Shown: positions 10,330 through 24,047, counted from the first letter of the stretch. The stretch is DNA of 64,000 nt from Thermodesulfobacteriota bacterium (GCA_049320885.1 JBMORA010000001.1:178622-242621), one strand, 5' to 3'. The notes: generated from the sequence alone by a model not told the origin. Translations and numbers: made by a program.

Positions 10330-11301
10330 ATGATCGCAAAAGTTTTCAGAATGGCGGCTTTATTCCTTGCCGTTTTCTTCGTCGCCGGGATGAGTGCCTA
10401 TTTCGCGTTGACCGCGATCATCAGGACGGAAGAAACCGTGATCGTGCCGGATCTCACCGGCAAGAGCCTGGTGCACACCCTGGAACTGATGACGAAACTG
10501 GGACTGAACACCAAGGTGAAAGGATCGGAATACAGCGGTATGACCCCGAAACATCATATCCTGTTTCAGGACCCGCTGCCGGGCAGGAAAATCAAAAAGG
10601 GACGGGATATCCGTATCATCCTCTCAAAGGGGGCCAAATCCATAAAAATGCCGAATCTGAGAGCCCTCACCGCTCAGCAGGCCCAGCTCGCCATTGAGGA
10701 AAACGATCTCATTGCCGGAACGAATGCCTTTGTCTTTTCCCCTGTCTGGGAAAAAGATCAGGTAATCGCTCATTCGCCACCGGCGGGAAACCGCATCCAT
10801 CCTGGCGACCAGGTTAATCTCCTGATCAGCATAGGGGCTCGCCCAAAATTTTATATGATGCCGGATTTGAGAGATTTATCGCTCGATGAAGCGGTGGCGC
10901 GAATTGCCAGAATCAGCATGCGCATCGGGGAAATACAATATATCTTCAAATCCGATCAGCCATTGAATACCATTGTATCCCAAGAACCGCGGACCGGACA
11001 ACGGATCCAGCAGGGAACACCGGTGGATCTCATCATAAACCGGCAGCAAACCCCTGAACCTCGTAAAATATCGAACTTGTTTTCAGGCCCGCGGTTGTTT
11101 CGATACCGGTTAGGCGAAGGATTCATGAAAAAACGTATCCGCGTCCAGGTCGAGTGCTTCGGTCTGTCCGCGGATTTCCACAATAGCCTGGTCAAACCGG
11201 GAACCGAAATATGGTCCCTGGTGCCGAGCAATACCAAAGCAACGATGTTCCTGTACAGCAATGACAAACTGGTAACAGCGGAAGTATTTGACACCTGGTG
11301 A
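10330..11301 (+). CDS. Membrane-anchored PASTA-domain protein (3 repeats, no kinase domain)
   Basis: N-terminal TM; repeats VPDLTG..QDPLPG, MPNLR..HSPPAG, MPDLR..SQEPRTG. Confidence 0.85.
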   Translation: MIAKVFRMAALFLAVFFVAGMSAYFALTAIIRTEETVIVPDLTGKSLVHTLELMTKLGLNTKVKGSEYSGMTPKHHILFQDPLPGRKIKKGRDIRIILSKGAKSIKMPNLRALTAQQAQLAIEENDLIAGTNAFVFSPVWEKDQVIAHSPPAGNRIHPGDQVNLLISIGARPKFYMMPDLRDLSLDEAVARIARISMRIGEIQYIFKSDQPLNTIVSQEPRTGQRIQQGTPVDLIINRQQTPEPRKISNLFSGPRLFRYRLGEGFMKKRIRVQVECFGLSADFHNSLVKPGTEIWSLVPSNTKATMFLYSNDKLVTAEVFDTW

Positions 11302-11343
11302 TCGAAGTGTTGTATCAACTCATATCAAAGGGGATGAAAAAAA

Positions 11344-12000
11344 ATGAAGTTAATAGCGCCATCCATTTTATCGGCCGACTTCACAAAATTGGGTGATGAA
11401 ATCAAGGCGGTTGAGGACGCGGGAGCGGACTGGATTCACATTGATGTCATGGACGGACATTTTGTACCCAATATCACCTATGGTCCGATCATTGTGGAAG
11501 CATGCCGGAGGGTCACGAACCTGCCGCTGGATGTGCATTTGATGATTGAAAAACCGGATTTGCTGATAAATGATTTCATTTCAGCCGGAGCGGACCTGGT
11601 TTCCGTGCATGTCGAAACCTGCCCCCATCTGCATCGCTCCGTTCAGCTGATCAGGAATGCCGGAGCCAAGGCCGGCGTGGCCTTGAACCCGGCCACACCG
11701 GTTGCAGCCCTGGAATTGGTTTTAGAGCATCTTGATTTTGTACTGATCATGAGCGTCAACCCGGGATTCGGGGGACAATCCTTCATCCCGGAAACATTGG
11801 GTAAGGTCCGCCAGCTCAAGGATATGATCCGGAAAAAAAACCTGAATCCCCTCATCCAGCTCGATGGCGGCGTCAACGCCCAGACAATCGAAAAGATCGC
11901 CTCCGCCGGGACGGATGTATTTGTCGCCGGTTCAGCCATCTTCGGCAGCGGCCATTATGATGAAATCATTCAGTTGTTCCGTAAAACAATAGGCCGGTGA
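11344..12000 (+). CDS. rpe: Ribulose-phosphate 3-epimerase
   Basis: IAPSILSADF, HIDVMDGHFVPN, MSVNPGFGGQ, DGGV. Confidence 0.97.
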   Translation: MKLIAPSILSADFTKLGDEIKAVEDAGADWIHIDVMDGHFVPNITYGPIIVEACRRVTNLPLDVHLMIEKPDLLINDFISAGADLVSVHVETCPHLHRSVQLIRNAGAKAGVALNPATPVAALELVLEHLDFVLIMSVNPGFGGQSFIPETLGKVRQLKDMIRKKNLNPLIQLDGGVNAQTIEKIASAGTDVFVAGSAIFGSGHYDEIIQLFRKTIGR

Positions 12001-12032
12001 CGACTCCCCCGGTACCCCAGGAGACAAACGAT

Positions 12033-12500
12033 ATGAAACAAGCAGATAGCGAAGCCTTCAGGGTGTTGGTGATTCATGGTCCCAATCTGAATATGCTCGG
12101 CAAACGGGAACCCGAAATATACGGGACCGTCACGTTGGAGGACATCAATACCGGCCTTATCCGCCAGGGGAAAAAACTCGGTTTGCTGGTGGATGCCTAT
12201 CAGTCCAACCATGAAGGCGCTATTGTCGATCGGCTCCAATCAGCCGCGGGCCGCTGCCATGGCGTTATCATCAATCCCGCCGCGTATACGCATACCAGCA
12301 TCGCCATCCGGGACGCATTGCTGCTGCTCAAGGTTCCCGTTGTGGAAATCCACCTGAGCAACATCTACAAACGGGAACCCTTTCGCCACAAGTCCATGAT
12401 TGCGGACATCGCCACCGGTCAAATAACCGGCATGGGGGTTTTGGGGTATGAGCTGGCCCTCACGGCAATCGCGCAGATGATTCACCCGTCGAAAGGTTGA
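12033..12500 (+). CDS. aroQ: Type II 3-dehydroquinate dehydratase
   Basis: HGPNLNMLGKREPEIYG, QSNHEG, NPAAYTHTS, EIHLSN; AGGAGA RBS before ATG 12033. Confidence 0.96.
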   Translation: MKQADSEAFRVLVIHGPNLNMLGKREPEIYGTVTLEDINTGLIRQGKKLGLLVDAYQSNHEGAIVDRLQSAAGRCHGVIINPAAYTHTSIAIRDALLLLKVPVVEIHLSNIYKREPFRHKSMIADIATGQITGMGVLGYELALTAIAQMIHPSKG

Positions 12501-12513
12501 TCATCTCATTTTT

Positions 12514-13986
12514 TTATTGATATTGATCCAGCACTTGGCGCAAAAAAGCCGGCAGACATTCCTGGTTTTGTCGCAGATACGGCAAGGCCTGGGTCATCAG
12601 CACTTCCTCGGGAGACAGTCGATCCCATTTCAAAAGCCGCCTGTAATCATCGTAATACAACATCGGCATATATACGTCCGATTTCCCCTGCATAATATCA
12701 TGACATAACCGGGCCATATATAAAACGGTCAGGTGCTCGAGTATTTCTTCCGGAATTTTTGACGGCGGCACAAAATCCGGATGGAATAAATATTCAACCG
12801 TTTGACAAACGCTTTCCGGCAGATCCCATTCTTGAACCAGCAGGGTTCCAATCTGGGAATGATCCAGTGTGTCGATGAAAACACCGATGCCGGGATAGTT
12901 GTTTTTCAAGAGGGCCATGACCAGTTGGCCGATATTGTATAGCAATCCGATTATTGCCACTTGAACCGGAGAACCTTTTTGGGAGGAACCGGATATGGCG
13001 AAAGCGATATACGACATGGTTACCGACTGGGCATGCAGACGTTCCAGGTCGGGCAAATCCGGCATGCTGTGACGAATTGCTTCCGCGACAAATGTCCGAT
13101 ACACTGTCTGAAAACCCATCTGCGATACGGCCGCGTTGATGTCCGGAAGCGGGTTGGGGAAAGCGAAATAGGATGAATTGATTTTTTTCATGACCTCATC
13201 CACCAACTGCTGTTCCCCCGCTGTCAATTCCGCTATCAATACATTGATATCGGGGGACATACTGGCGATATCCCCCATTTTCCCGAAAAACGAACTCACA
13301 AACAGCGGCAACCTGGGAATCTTTTGAATAACCGCCTTGACCACTTCCGATCTTTCCAAATCCGGCCGTTGTCCGGCTTTCGCCGCGAAAAGGGCATCGG
13401 CCAAGCGGGCGTTTTTCGTTTGCAGCGTTATTTTTTGGTTTTCCAGTTGACTTAATTTTAAAGCAGACAGATTGTTCAGGCGTTTGTAAAAATAGAGCTG
13501 GGTCTGCTTTTCCAGGGAATTGATCGTCTCCTTGTCCAGAGCCATCACGGAAGCAGGAGAATCCGCAACCGCCGTGTTCGTACGCTTTGAGCGCGCGAAA
13601 GCGGTTTCCCCCATCCAGGTCCCGGCGCTCAACCTGATGACCTCCTCCGAACGATCATCGCCCATTTGAATGATTTTGATTCTGCCTTCCAAAATCACGT
13701 AAATGCGTTGATCGATATCCCCTTCACGATACAGATAGTCGCCGGATTTCATCTTCAGAATATTGGCCATGCTGTAAAGTGTGTTCAGCTCTTTTTCGTC
13801 CAGCCCCTTGAAAATTGACTCGCGCTCCTGCTGCTTTGCCTCCGCTACCTTCGGGGTAGTCCCTTTTTCCACAATCCGCTTGCGGCCATCGTCCTTGGCC
13901 GGCTTTTTTTTGGGCCAACCGATCGGGCTCATCATTCCTTTTCCCTTATCCTCAAAGTAATCCGTTTCAGATATCTGCGAACTCAA
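12514..13986 (-). CDS. Cyclic-nucleotide-binding plus HDOD domain signalling protein
   Basis: cNMP fold (YREGD..YVILEGRI..GE..RTNTAVA); HDOD features (INSSYF, GLLYNIG, DHSQIG..WDLPE); start uncertain. Confidence 0.75.
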   Translation of the reverse strand: MSSQISETDYFEDKGKGMMSPIGWPKKKPAKDDGRKRIVEKGTTPKVAEAKQQERESIFKGLDEKELNTLYSMANILKMKSGDYLYREGDIDQRIYVILEGRIKIIQMGDDRSEEVIRLSAGTWMGETAFARSKRTNTAVADSPASVMALDKETINSLEKQTQLYFYKRLNNLSALKLSQLENQKITLQTKNARLADALFAAKAGQRPDLERSEVVKAVIQKIPRLPLFVSSFFGKMGDIASMSPDINVLIAELTAGEQQLVDEVMKKINSSYFAFPNPLPDINAAVSQMGFQTVYRTFVAEAIRHSMPDLPDLERLHAQSVTMSYIAFAISGSSQKGSPVQVAIIGLLYNIGQLVMALLKNNYPGIGVFIDTLDHSQIGTLLVQEWDLPESVCQTVEYLFHPDFVPPSKIPEEILEHLTVLYMARLCHDIMQGKSDVYMPMLYYDDYRRLLKWDRLSPEEVLMTQALPYLRQNQECLPAFLRQVLDQYQ

Positions 13987-14044
13987 CCATCACCGGCATC
14001 GAATCTCAATCCATATCGGCTTGATTCGGTATCATCATCCGATA

Positions 14045-16219
14045 TTACCAGCGTGCGGCAATGCTTTCGGATGAAAGCAGGATATAATCCGCTAAAACAT
14101 TTCCACTTTCCGTCAGAATCGGATCGAATGACTCCTCCTTTTCCGGTTCCTGAATTTCTTCATTTTCCTCGTCTTCTTCGGCCTCCAGTTCCTCCGTCCC
14201 CTTCAACAATGGAAGGCCTTCCGCTTTTCTACGCATATTGGTCAGTTCCAGTCGCAATACATCCGCTTTTTTTCGTTCTTCAAGCCTTTTCTTTTCCTCC
14301 AGGGAAACCTGGGTCTGGCTTCTTGCTTCCTCCAGACGCTCCACCGCGGCCATCAAATAGCCAAACCCGGCATCGGCCCGGATCCGGTCATCATGCAGTT
14401 TTTTCAAACGCCGTATTCGTTCTTCCAGGTCCGGATACGGTTGATAAGGCACCGGAGGAATGGAGGCCCATGGCAGTGCTTCTGGAAGAGCGCTTTCACC
14501 GATTTTGCTCTGGTCGTACAGGGATGGAAATTCGATATCCGGAACAATGCCCCTGTTTTGTGTACTTGCCCCGGATATCCTGTAAAACATGCCGTGGGTC
14601 AATTTCAATTGGCCCCGTTTCAGATTCTCCAGTGTTTGGACGGTGCCCTTGCCAAAAGTCCGGCTGCCGACAACGATACCCCGGTGATAGTCCTGGACGG
14701 CGCCGGCGAATATCTCGGAAGCCGAAGCGCTGATTCGGTTGGTGATCACCACCAGCGGCCCGTCGTACAATACCGCGGGATCAGGATCATTTAAAGCCCG
14801 GATTCGTCCCCGGTCGTCCTTCACCTGAACCACGGGACCGGATTCGATAAACAGACCGGTCAGCTGATTCGCCTCCTGCAACGCGCCACCGCCATTGTCC
14901 CGCAGATCAATGACGACCCCATCGATAGCTTCCTTTCGAAACTCCTCCAGGATTCGTCGCACATCCCGCGTCGTGCTGCGGAAATCCCTTTTGCCGTTTT
15001 GATAGGCTTCGAAATCAATGTAAAAGGTGGGGATATCGATGACACCGATTCGATGGGTTTTTCCCTCCCTGCCGTTCATGACCATAACTTTTTTCTTGAC
15101 AGCCTGATCTTCCAGCTTGACCGTGTTGCGGGTGATGTTGACAATTTTTGTCTGGTGCTCATCAACCGCGTCCACGGGAATAACCTCGAGCCGGACCACG
15201 GTTTCCTTGGGTCCGCGAATTAAATCCACGACATCATCCAGACGCCAGCCGACGACATCGGTCATTTCGCCGTCAAGGCCCTGGGCCACGCCGACAATGC
15301 GATCCCCGGGTTTGAGCAGACCGGATTTGTCGGCGGGTCCGGCTGCGATCAGGCGGACGATTTTTACATATTCATCGCTGTTCTGCAGGACGGCCCCGAT
15401 TCCCTCAAGGGAAAGCCGCATCATGATATTAAAGTTTTCCGTCAACTGGGGTGAAAAATACTGGGTATGGGGGTCATAACTCTGGGTATATGCATTGATG
15501 TATATTCGAAAAACATCTTCGCTGTTTCGCTGCTTTATCCGCGTCAGTTGATTCTCATACCGTTTCTTCAAGGTGCTGCGTATTTTCTCCAGAGGCTTTC
15601 CGGCAAGACGAAGATTCAATACTTCATTTTTCAAGCGTTTGCGCCACAGGTCGTTCATTTCCTGTTCATCGGCCGGCCATGGGACTTTCTCTCTTTCAAT
15701 CTCAATCCGTTCATCGATCGAAAAATCCATTGACTCCAATTCGGTGTCAATTTGCCGGAGAACGAATTCAATCCGTTCCAGCACCCGGTGCTGATAGCGG
15801 TTGAAAATCAGATAAGCCGGTTGCAAATCGCCCTCGGACAACGCGTCGTCCAGTTGAAAACGAAAAGGCTCGAACAGCTTGATATCGCTTCCAATAAAAT
15901 AAAGATGCATGCGATCGAGCTCCGTCAGGTATCGATCATAGACCTTACTCGCAAACGCATCGTTTACATCCACATCCCTGAAATATCCCTGCTGGAGATA
16001 GGTGACAACCTCGACACTGGTTTTTGCATGCTGTTCCTCGGGAGCCAGTATGCCGGTGGAACGTTCGCTGAGAAAAGCCACATCTTCCGGAAAAGCCGAC
16101 GGTTTGATCGACGAGCGCGCTTCCGTGCAGGCGATGAACAGCAGGGTGCTGCCGGCCACAACGCCGCATACCAGGCTGCCCACCAACAACTTGAGGATTA
16201 CCCGATTCCGTATTTTCAT
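14045..16219 (-). CDS. prc: Tail-specific (C-terminal processing) protease
   Basis: DPHTQY, PDZ domain (LEGIGAVL), DLRDNGGG, SASASEI, RTFGKGTVQ; GGAGA RBS before ATG 16219. Confidence 0.93.
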   Translation of the reverse strand: MKIRNRVILKLLVGSLVCGVVAGSTLLFIACTEARSSIKPSAFPEDVAFLSERSTGILAPEEQHAKTSVEVVTYLQQGYFRDVDVNDAFASKVYDRYLTELDRMHLYFIGSDIKLFEPFRFQLDDALSEGDLQPAYLIFNRYQHRVLERIEFVLRQIDTELESMDFSIDERIEIEREKVPWPADEQEMNDLWRKRLKNEVLNLRLAGKPLEKIRSTLKKRYENQLTRIKQRNSEDVFRIYINAYTQSYDPHTQYFSPQLTENFNIMMRLSLEGIGAVLQNSDEYVKIVRLIAAGPADKSGLLKPGDRIVGVAQGLDGEMTDVVGWRLDDVVDLIRGPKETVVRLEVIPVDAVDEHQTKIVNITRNTVKLEDQAVKKKVMVMNGREGKTHRIGVIDIPTFYIDFEAYQNGKRDFRSTTRDVRRILEEFRKEAIDGVVIDLRDNGGGALQEANQLTGLFIESGPVVQVKDDRGRIRALNDPDPAVLYDGPLVVITNRISASASEIFAGAVQDYHRGIVVGSRTFGKGTVQTLENLKRGQLKLTHGMFYRISGASTQNRGIVPDIEFPSLYDQSKIGESALPEALPWASIPPVPYQPYPDLEERIRRLKKLHDDRIRADAGFGYLMAAVERLEEARSQTQVSLEEKKRLEERKKADVLRLELTNMRRKAEGLPLLKGTEELEAEEDEENEEIQEPEKEESFDPILTESGNVLADYILLSSESIAARW

Positions 16220-16262
16220 GAAACATTCTCCACTATATCCGTACAATTGCCGATGCTGGTTT

Positions 16263-16715
16263 TCATATATCGGCATCGATGGCATAGGCCTCCAACTGTT
16301 CTGGAAGAACATAGCATCCCGATATCACCTTATTCCTGACTGAAATTCCAGCCTCATGAACAGACTCCGGACGACCGGAAACCAACGGATGCCACCATTC
16401 CAATTCCTTTCCCTCCGCAAGGTATCGATAGGCACAGGTGAGCGGCATCCACTGGATGCTTTCGAGATTATGCGGCGTCAACCTCAGGCACTCCGGCTCT
16501 ATCACCGATCTCGTTTCATACGATCCGCACCGGCACTCCCATGTATCCAGATGAGGGCAGGTAACACTGGTGTAAACAACCGCACCGGTATCCGGGTCTT
16601 CGATCTTTTCCAAACAGCACCGACCGCAACCGTCACACAAGGATTCCCATTCTGCATGGGTCATTTCCGAAAGCGGCTTGATTTTCCAGAAGGGCCGGTC
16701 ATCGTTATCAGTCAT
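16263..16715 (-). CDS. YcgN-family cysteine cluster protein
   Basis: EWESLCDGCGRCC...TCAYR...WHPLVSG. Confidence 0.9.
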   Translation of the reverse strand: MTDNDDRPFWKIKPLSEMTHAEWESLCDGCGRCCLEKIEDPDTGAVVYTSVTCPHLDTWECRCGSYETRSVIEPECLRLTPHNLESIQWMPLTCAYRYLAEGKELEWWHPLVSGRPESVHEAGISVRNKVISGCYVLPEQLEAYAIDADI

Positions 16716-17020
16716 GGATGCCTTCTCATTTACAGGTATTCCAATTTTTTGATGGAAAATGGAACCAGCTGGATCGATTCAGTGATAATATCATTATATC
16801 AATAGGATTACAAGACGTTCGAGCATGATGTCGTGTATTTTCCTGAAAATCCATTAAGAACCTGTTGCTTTTATACCATCAGTCTGTTTACATTGGTTAT
16901 GCTCGGTAACAGCAAACCTGTCGTTTGCACGTTCGGCGGGATTCAATGCCGGACGGAAACCGGCGCCACAACCGCCAAATTGTCACATAAAAAAGAATGT
17001 ATGGAAGGCTTTAATACAAC

Positions 17021-18040
17021 ATGTCCGACAAACCGGTCACGATCGAGTCTGTTGCCTATGAACTTCCCCCCCATCGCATCACTTCCGCATGGCTTGAAAA
17101 TCAGATCAGTGGTCTGCTGAACCGCCTGCGTATAACGCCAGGCCAAATCCTGGCACTGACCGGGATTCGTGAAAGACGCTTCTGGGACCCGCATGTCACA
17201 CCCAGCCAGGCAGCCACCATGGCTGCCCGAAAAGCAATTGAAAAAGCCGGAATTGCTTACCGGGATATCGGCGTCCTGGTCAGCACGTCTGTTTGCAAGG
17301 ATTATATCGAACCTTCCGTGGCCTGCCTGGTGCACCACAATTTGCAGCTCTCTCCCCACTGCCTGAATTTTGATATCGGCAATGCCTGCCTGGCATTCAT
17401 CAATGCCATTACCATCGTCGGCATGATGATCGAAAAAGGTCAGGTGGAATACGGCCTGATCGTCGATGGAGAAAGCTCCCGCCAGGTGGTGGAATCCACC
17501 ATACAAATCCTGAATTCGCCGGAATCCACGATGCAGAGCCTATCAGACCACTTCGCGACATTGACACTCGGCTCCGGCGCCGCGGCCATGGTTCTTTCCC
17601 ATCGCAACCGATCCCGGACAAACCATGTCATTCAACAGTCAGTGAGCCTGGCCGCCACGGAGCATGCGCATCTTTGCCGCGGCCAGCGGGACCAGATGAT
17701 CACCAATGCTTCGTCGGTAATGGTCAATGGGGTCAAATTGGCGCACGACACCTGGATGCTCGCCTCCAAACAAATCAGGAACTGGAGCGACGCAACCATC
17801 GATCATTATATACCCCACCAGGTCAGCCAGCGGAATATGGATGTCTTGAACCGGAAACTGGGCCTGACCCCTGAAAAACACTGCCTGACTTTCCCCTACC
17901 TCGGCAACATCGGACCTGCGGCGGTTCCGATCTCACTGGCCATTGCGGAAGAAGAAGGCCGTTTCAAGCCAGGTGACCATTTGGCCCTCATGGGTATCGG
18001 CAGCGGGCTGAACTGCACCATGATGAGCATCATCTGGTAA
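17021..18040 (+). CDS. oleA: FabH-like thiolase-fold enzyme, OleA type
   Basis: DYIEPSVA (catalytic Glu), FDIGNACLAF (Cys), FATLTLGSGAAA, PHQVS (His), GNIGPA. Confidence 0.75.
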   Translation: MSDKPVTIESVAYELPPHRITSAWLENQISGLLNRLRITPGQILALTGIRERRFWDPHVTPSQAATMAARKAIEKAGIAYRDIGVLVSTSVCKDYIEPSVACLVHHNLQLSPHCLNFDIGNACLAFINAITIVGMMIEKGQVEYGLIVDGESSRQVVESTIQILNSPESTMQSLSDHFATLTLGSGAAAMVLSHRNRSRTNHVIQQSVSLAATEHAHLCRGQRDQMITNASSVMVNGVKLAHDTWMLASKQIRNWSDATIDHYIPHQVSQRNMDVLNRKLGLTPEKHCLTFPYLGNIGPAAVPISLAIAEEEGRFKPGDHLALMGIGSGLNCTMMSIIW

Positions 18041-18093
18041 CAGCCGGGACTTTTTAGCCACAGGTCAAGGTTTTGGAATGATTTTCAGGCACA

Positions 18094-21000
18094 TCAATGG
18101 AACTTGCGCTTGCGATATCCAATGGAATTGGAATTCTTTCCATCCGGTTTGGCCTCACTGCATCTCGTTTCCACGGCATCATATCCGAGCAAGCCGTTGA
18201 TCGCCGCAATCATGTCCTGGTCCGCACATAACCGATAGGTTTCCGGGAACGCGATCACCGTCTCGGTTTTACCGGGCTCTTCCAGATGCAGAAATCCGCT
18301 GCACTCACCGGATTGCTGGCAGATGATTTCCTTCAATTTTTTCAAACGGTCCGCATCCGTCCTGGTTAGATCGATTCGTACGTGAACACTCCCGGTCCAG
18401 GTCTCTGCCGCGTCTTCCACGCGAACGATCATATTCACCAGAAGCTTGCTACCGTTTTCTTCTTTTTGCACTTCCCCCTGGAGCAGCACGGCCTTGTCTT
18501 CCATCAGCAAATCCGCATACGCCTCATACTCTTTTGGAAAAACAACGGCTTCAACCGCTCCGTTCATATCCTCCAGGGAGACAAAGGCCATCAAATCTCC
18601 TTTCTTCGTTCTCGTTCGTTTGATTCCCCGGATGATTCCGCCGATCCGAACCACGGATTTGTCGGCGACCTCATTGAGCGCCACGGCATCGGTATTGGCG
18701 AATTTCCGCAGCACCGGCTGGTACCGCTCCAACGGATGGCCGCTGATATAAAATCCAAGGGCCTCCTTTTCCAGATGAAGACGCTCCTTCTCATCCCATT
18801 CATCCACCATGGGAAGTGACGGCTTGTTCAATTGAATGGCGGCGCCCCCCCCCATATCAAACAACCCCATTTGGGGATCCGCTTTTTCCCTCTGCAATTT
18901 TTGCCCGTAATCCAGGGCATCCTCCAGAGCCGCCGTCATTCGGGCCCGATTTTGCCCGGTACAATCAAATGCCCCGCATTTGATCAGGCTCTCCACCACC
19001 CGTTTGTTGACTTTTCGCAGGTCGACCCGTTCACAGAAATCGAACAGATCCGTAAAAGGCCCGTTTTTTCTCTCTTCAATAATGGCATCAATTGCCGTTT
19101 CGCCGACATTCTTCACCGCCACCAGGCCGAATCGGATCTCATTCCCCATCACCGTGAAGGTCTTGTCGCTCTCGTTGATGCTCGGCGGAAGCACCTGAAT
19201 TCCATGGCTGCGGCATTCCGAGATATATTTGACGACACTTTCCGAAGACTGCATCTCGCTCGTCAGTAACGCCGCCATGAACTCAACCGGAAAATGCGTT
19301 TTGAGAAAAGCGGTCTGGTAGGCGATCAATGCATAGGCGGCGCTATGGGATTTATTGAATCCATATCCTCCAAATTTTTCCATCAAATCGAATATTTGTG
19401 ATGATTTGTCCTCCGGCAGATTTTTCCCGATGGCCCCTTTCAGAAACTTGTCCCGATTCTTGGCCATGGTCTCGGGATCCTTTTTTCCCATGGCTTTCCG
19501 CAACCCATCCGCTTCGGCCATGGAATAGTTCGCCAATTCACTGGCGATTTTCATCACCTGTTCCTGGTACAGGATCACGCCATAGGTTTCCTTCAGAATC
19601 GGCTCCAGCTCCGGCAGCAGATATACAACCGGTTTTCGGCCGTGCTTGCACTCCACGTAATCGCTCACCATGCCGCTGTCCAGAGGGCCGGGACGGTACA
19701 GTGCCACGAGGGCCGTGACATCAGCAAAATTTTCCGGCTTCAACCGCACCAGAAGTTCCTTCATCCCTGAGCTTTCCAGCTGAAAAACCCCGGTTGTGTC
19801 ACCTTTGGACAACAATCGATAGGTCTCCTGGTCGCCCAGATCCAATTCAGCCAACACCGGAGGAGTCTTGCCCTGTTTCCTGATCAGCGTCAGGGTGTCT
19901 TCGATGACGGTCAGGTTGCGCAGACCAAGGAAATCGAATTTAACCAAGCCGATTTTTTCAACCCGCTTCATGTCAAGCTGGGTGACAACCTCCCCCTTTT
20001 TCCCCCGATACAACGGGAGATACTCCACCAGCGGCTTGTCACCGATGACCACACCCGCGGCATGGGTGGACGCATGCCGGGGCAATCCTTCCAGCACTCT
20101 GCAAATCTGCATCAGATTGGCGATATCCGGACGACTGCCGGCCAGCTCTCTCAGTTTCGGCTCCTGCTCCAGGGCCTCATCCAGGCTGATATTCAAGGTA
20201 TCCGGCACCATTTTCGCGATGGCATCCACTTCCGACAAGGGGATATCCAGAGCGCGGCCGACATCCCGGATCACCGCCCGGGTTTTCAATTTTCCATACG
20301 TAATGATCTGAGCTACATAATCCCCCCCGCCATACCGCTCCACTACGTATTTGAACACTTTTTCCCGGCCGTTGATGCAGAAATCCACATCGATATCCGG
20401 CATGCTGATCCGGGCCGGATTTAAAAACCGCTCAAAGATCAGACCATGTTCAATGGGATCCAGATCGGTAATACCCAGCGAATACGCCACAATGCTGCCG
20501 GCTGCCGAGCCTCTTCCCGGTCCCACCGGCACCTTGTTTTCTTTGCCGAAACGAATGAAATCCGCCACAATCAGGAAATATCCGGTAAACCCCATGCGCT
20601 TGATCATTTCGATCTCATACTCAAGGCGCTCGTCATAGGGTTTCTGATCCAGGGAGGGCTTTTTTTCCCGCAATTTCCTCAACCGGTTGAGATATCCCTT
20701 GCGAACCTCCTGCTCGAACAATTCATCGGGGGTGTGGGTCTCATCCTTGCTGAAACGGGGAAAATGATAGGTGTTGAAATCGAATTCAACCTCACAACGG
20801 TCGGCGATTTTTACCGTATTTTCAATGGCGCCCGGATATTGCCCCAGGGTCGCCCGCATTTCCTGCCCGGACTTGAAATACAACTGGTCGGTGCTGAAAC
20901 GAAACCGGTCGGTTTCGTTTACCGTTTTCCCGGTCTGGATACAGAGGAGCACGTCATGGGCGCGGACATCCTCTTTTTTCAGATAATGGCAGTCGTTGGT

Positions 21001-21629
21001 CGCCACCATGGGGATGGAAAGCCGGCCGCTGATATCCAGCAAAGCGGCGTTCACCTGGTTCTGGACATCGATTCCATTGTGCTGCACCTCCAGGAAAAAA
21101 TTGTTCTCACCGAAAACTTCTTGATAAAACCGGGCCGCGGCTTCCGCTTCCGATATTTTCCCGGCTTTGATCAGCTGCGGTATTTCACCATGCAGGCAGG
21201 CGGACAGAGCGATCAAACCCCGGTGATGCTCCTTCAACACCGATTTATCGATTCGCGGGCGGTAGTAAAAACCATCCAGCTGTGCGATGGTCGCCAGTTT
21301 GCACAGGTTGCGATACCCCTCCATATTTTCCGCCAGAAGAACGATATGGCTGACCCCCTTGCTGTCAAAGGGGGTTTTATCCCGGAGGCTCCGCGGGGCG
21401 ATATAGCATTCACAGCCGACAATCGGTTTGATATTGGCTTTCAGCGCTTTTTCATAAAATTCCACAACACCGAACATCGTCCCGTGATCCGTTATCGCCA
21501 CGGAATTCATATGAAATTCCCTGGCCTGACCGAGAAGAGCGGAAAGACGGATGGCGCCGTCCAGCAGGCTGTACTCGGTATGAACATGCAGGTGGACGAA
21601 ATCGGGCTGTTCGGTTCCCATTTGAGACA

Positions 21630-21630
<1 letters not shown>
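18094..21630 (-). CDS. dnaE: DNA polymerase III alpha subunit
   Basis: HLHVHTEYSLLDG, GRGSAAGS, MPDIDVDF, GFNKSHS; TAATG overlap with the guaB stop. Confidence 0.98.
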
Positions 21631-23942
<2,312 letters not shown>

Positions 23943-24047
23943 CAGCGGAACAGCGCGGGATGGCGCTGGCATTCCAGCTGTTGGGATACGCGATACGACC
24001 TTTTCCCCCCGGGGTGTCCGGTTTCAGGCAAGTCCGAAAGCCGGCCT

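Noticed and set aside
16783..16801. Fur-box-like TGATAATATCATTATATCA between ycgN and oleA
   Set aside because: The spacing does not fit the 7-1-7 consensus, the flanking genes are not iron-uptake genes, and it may be chance in AT-rich DNA.
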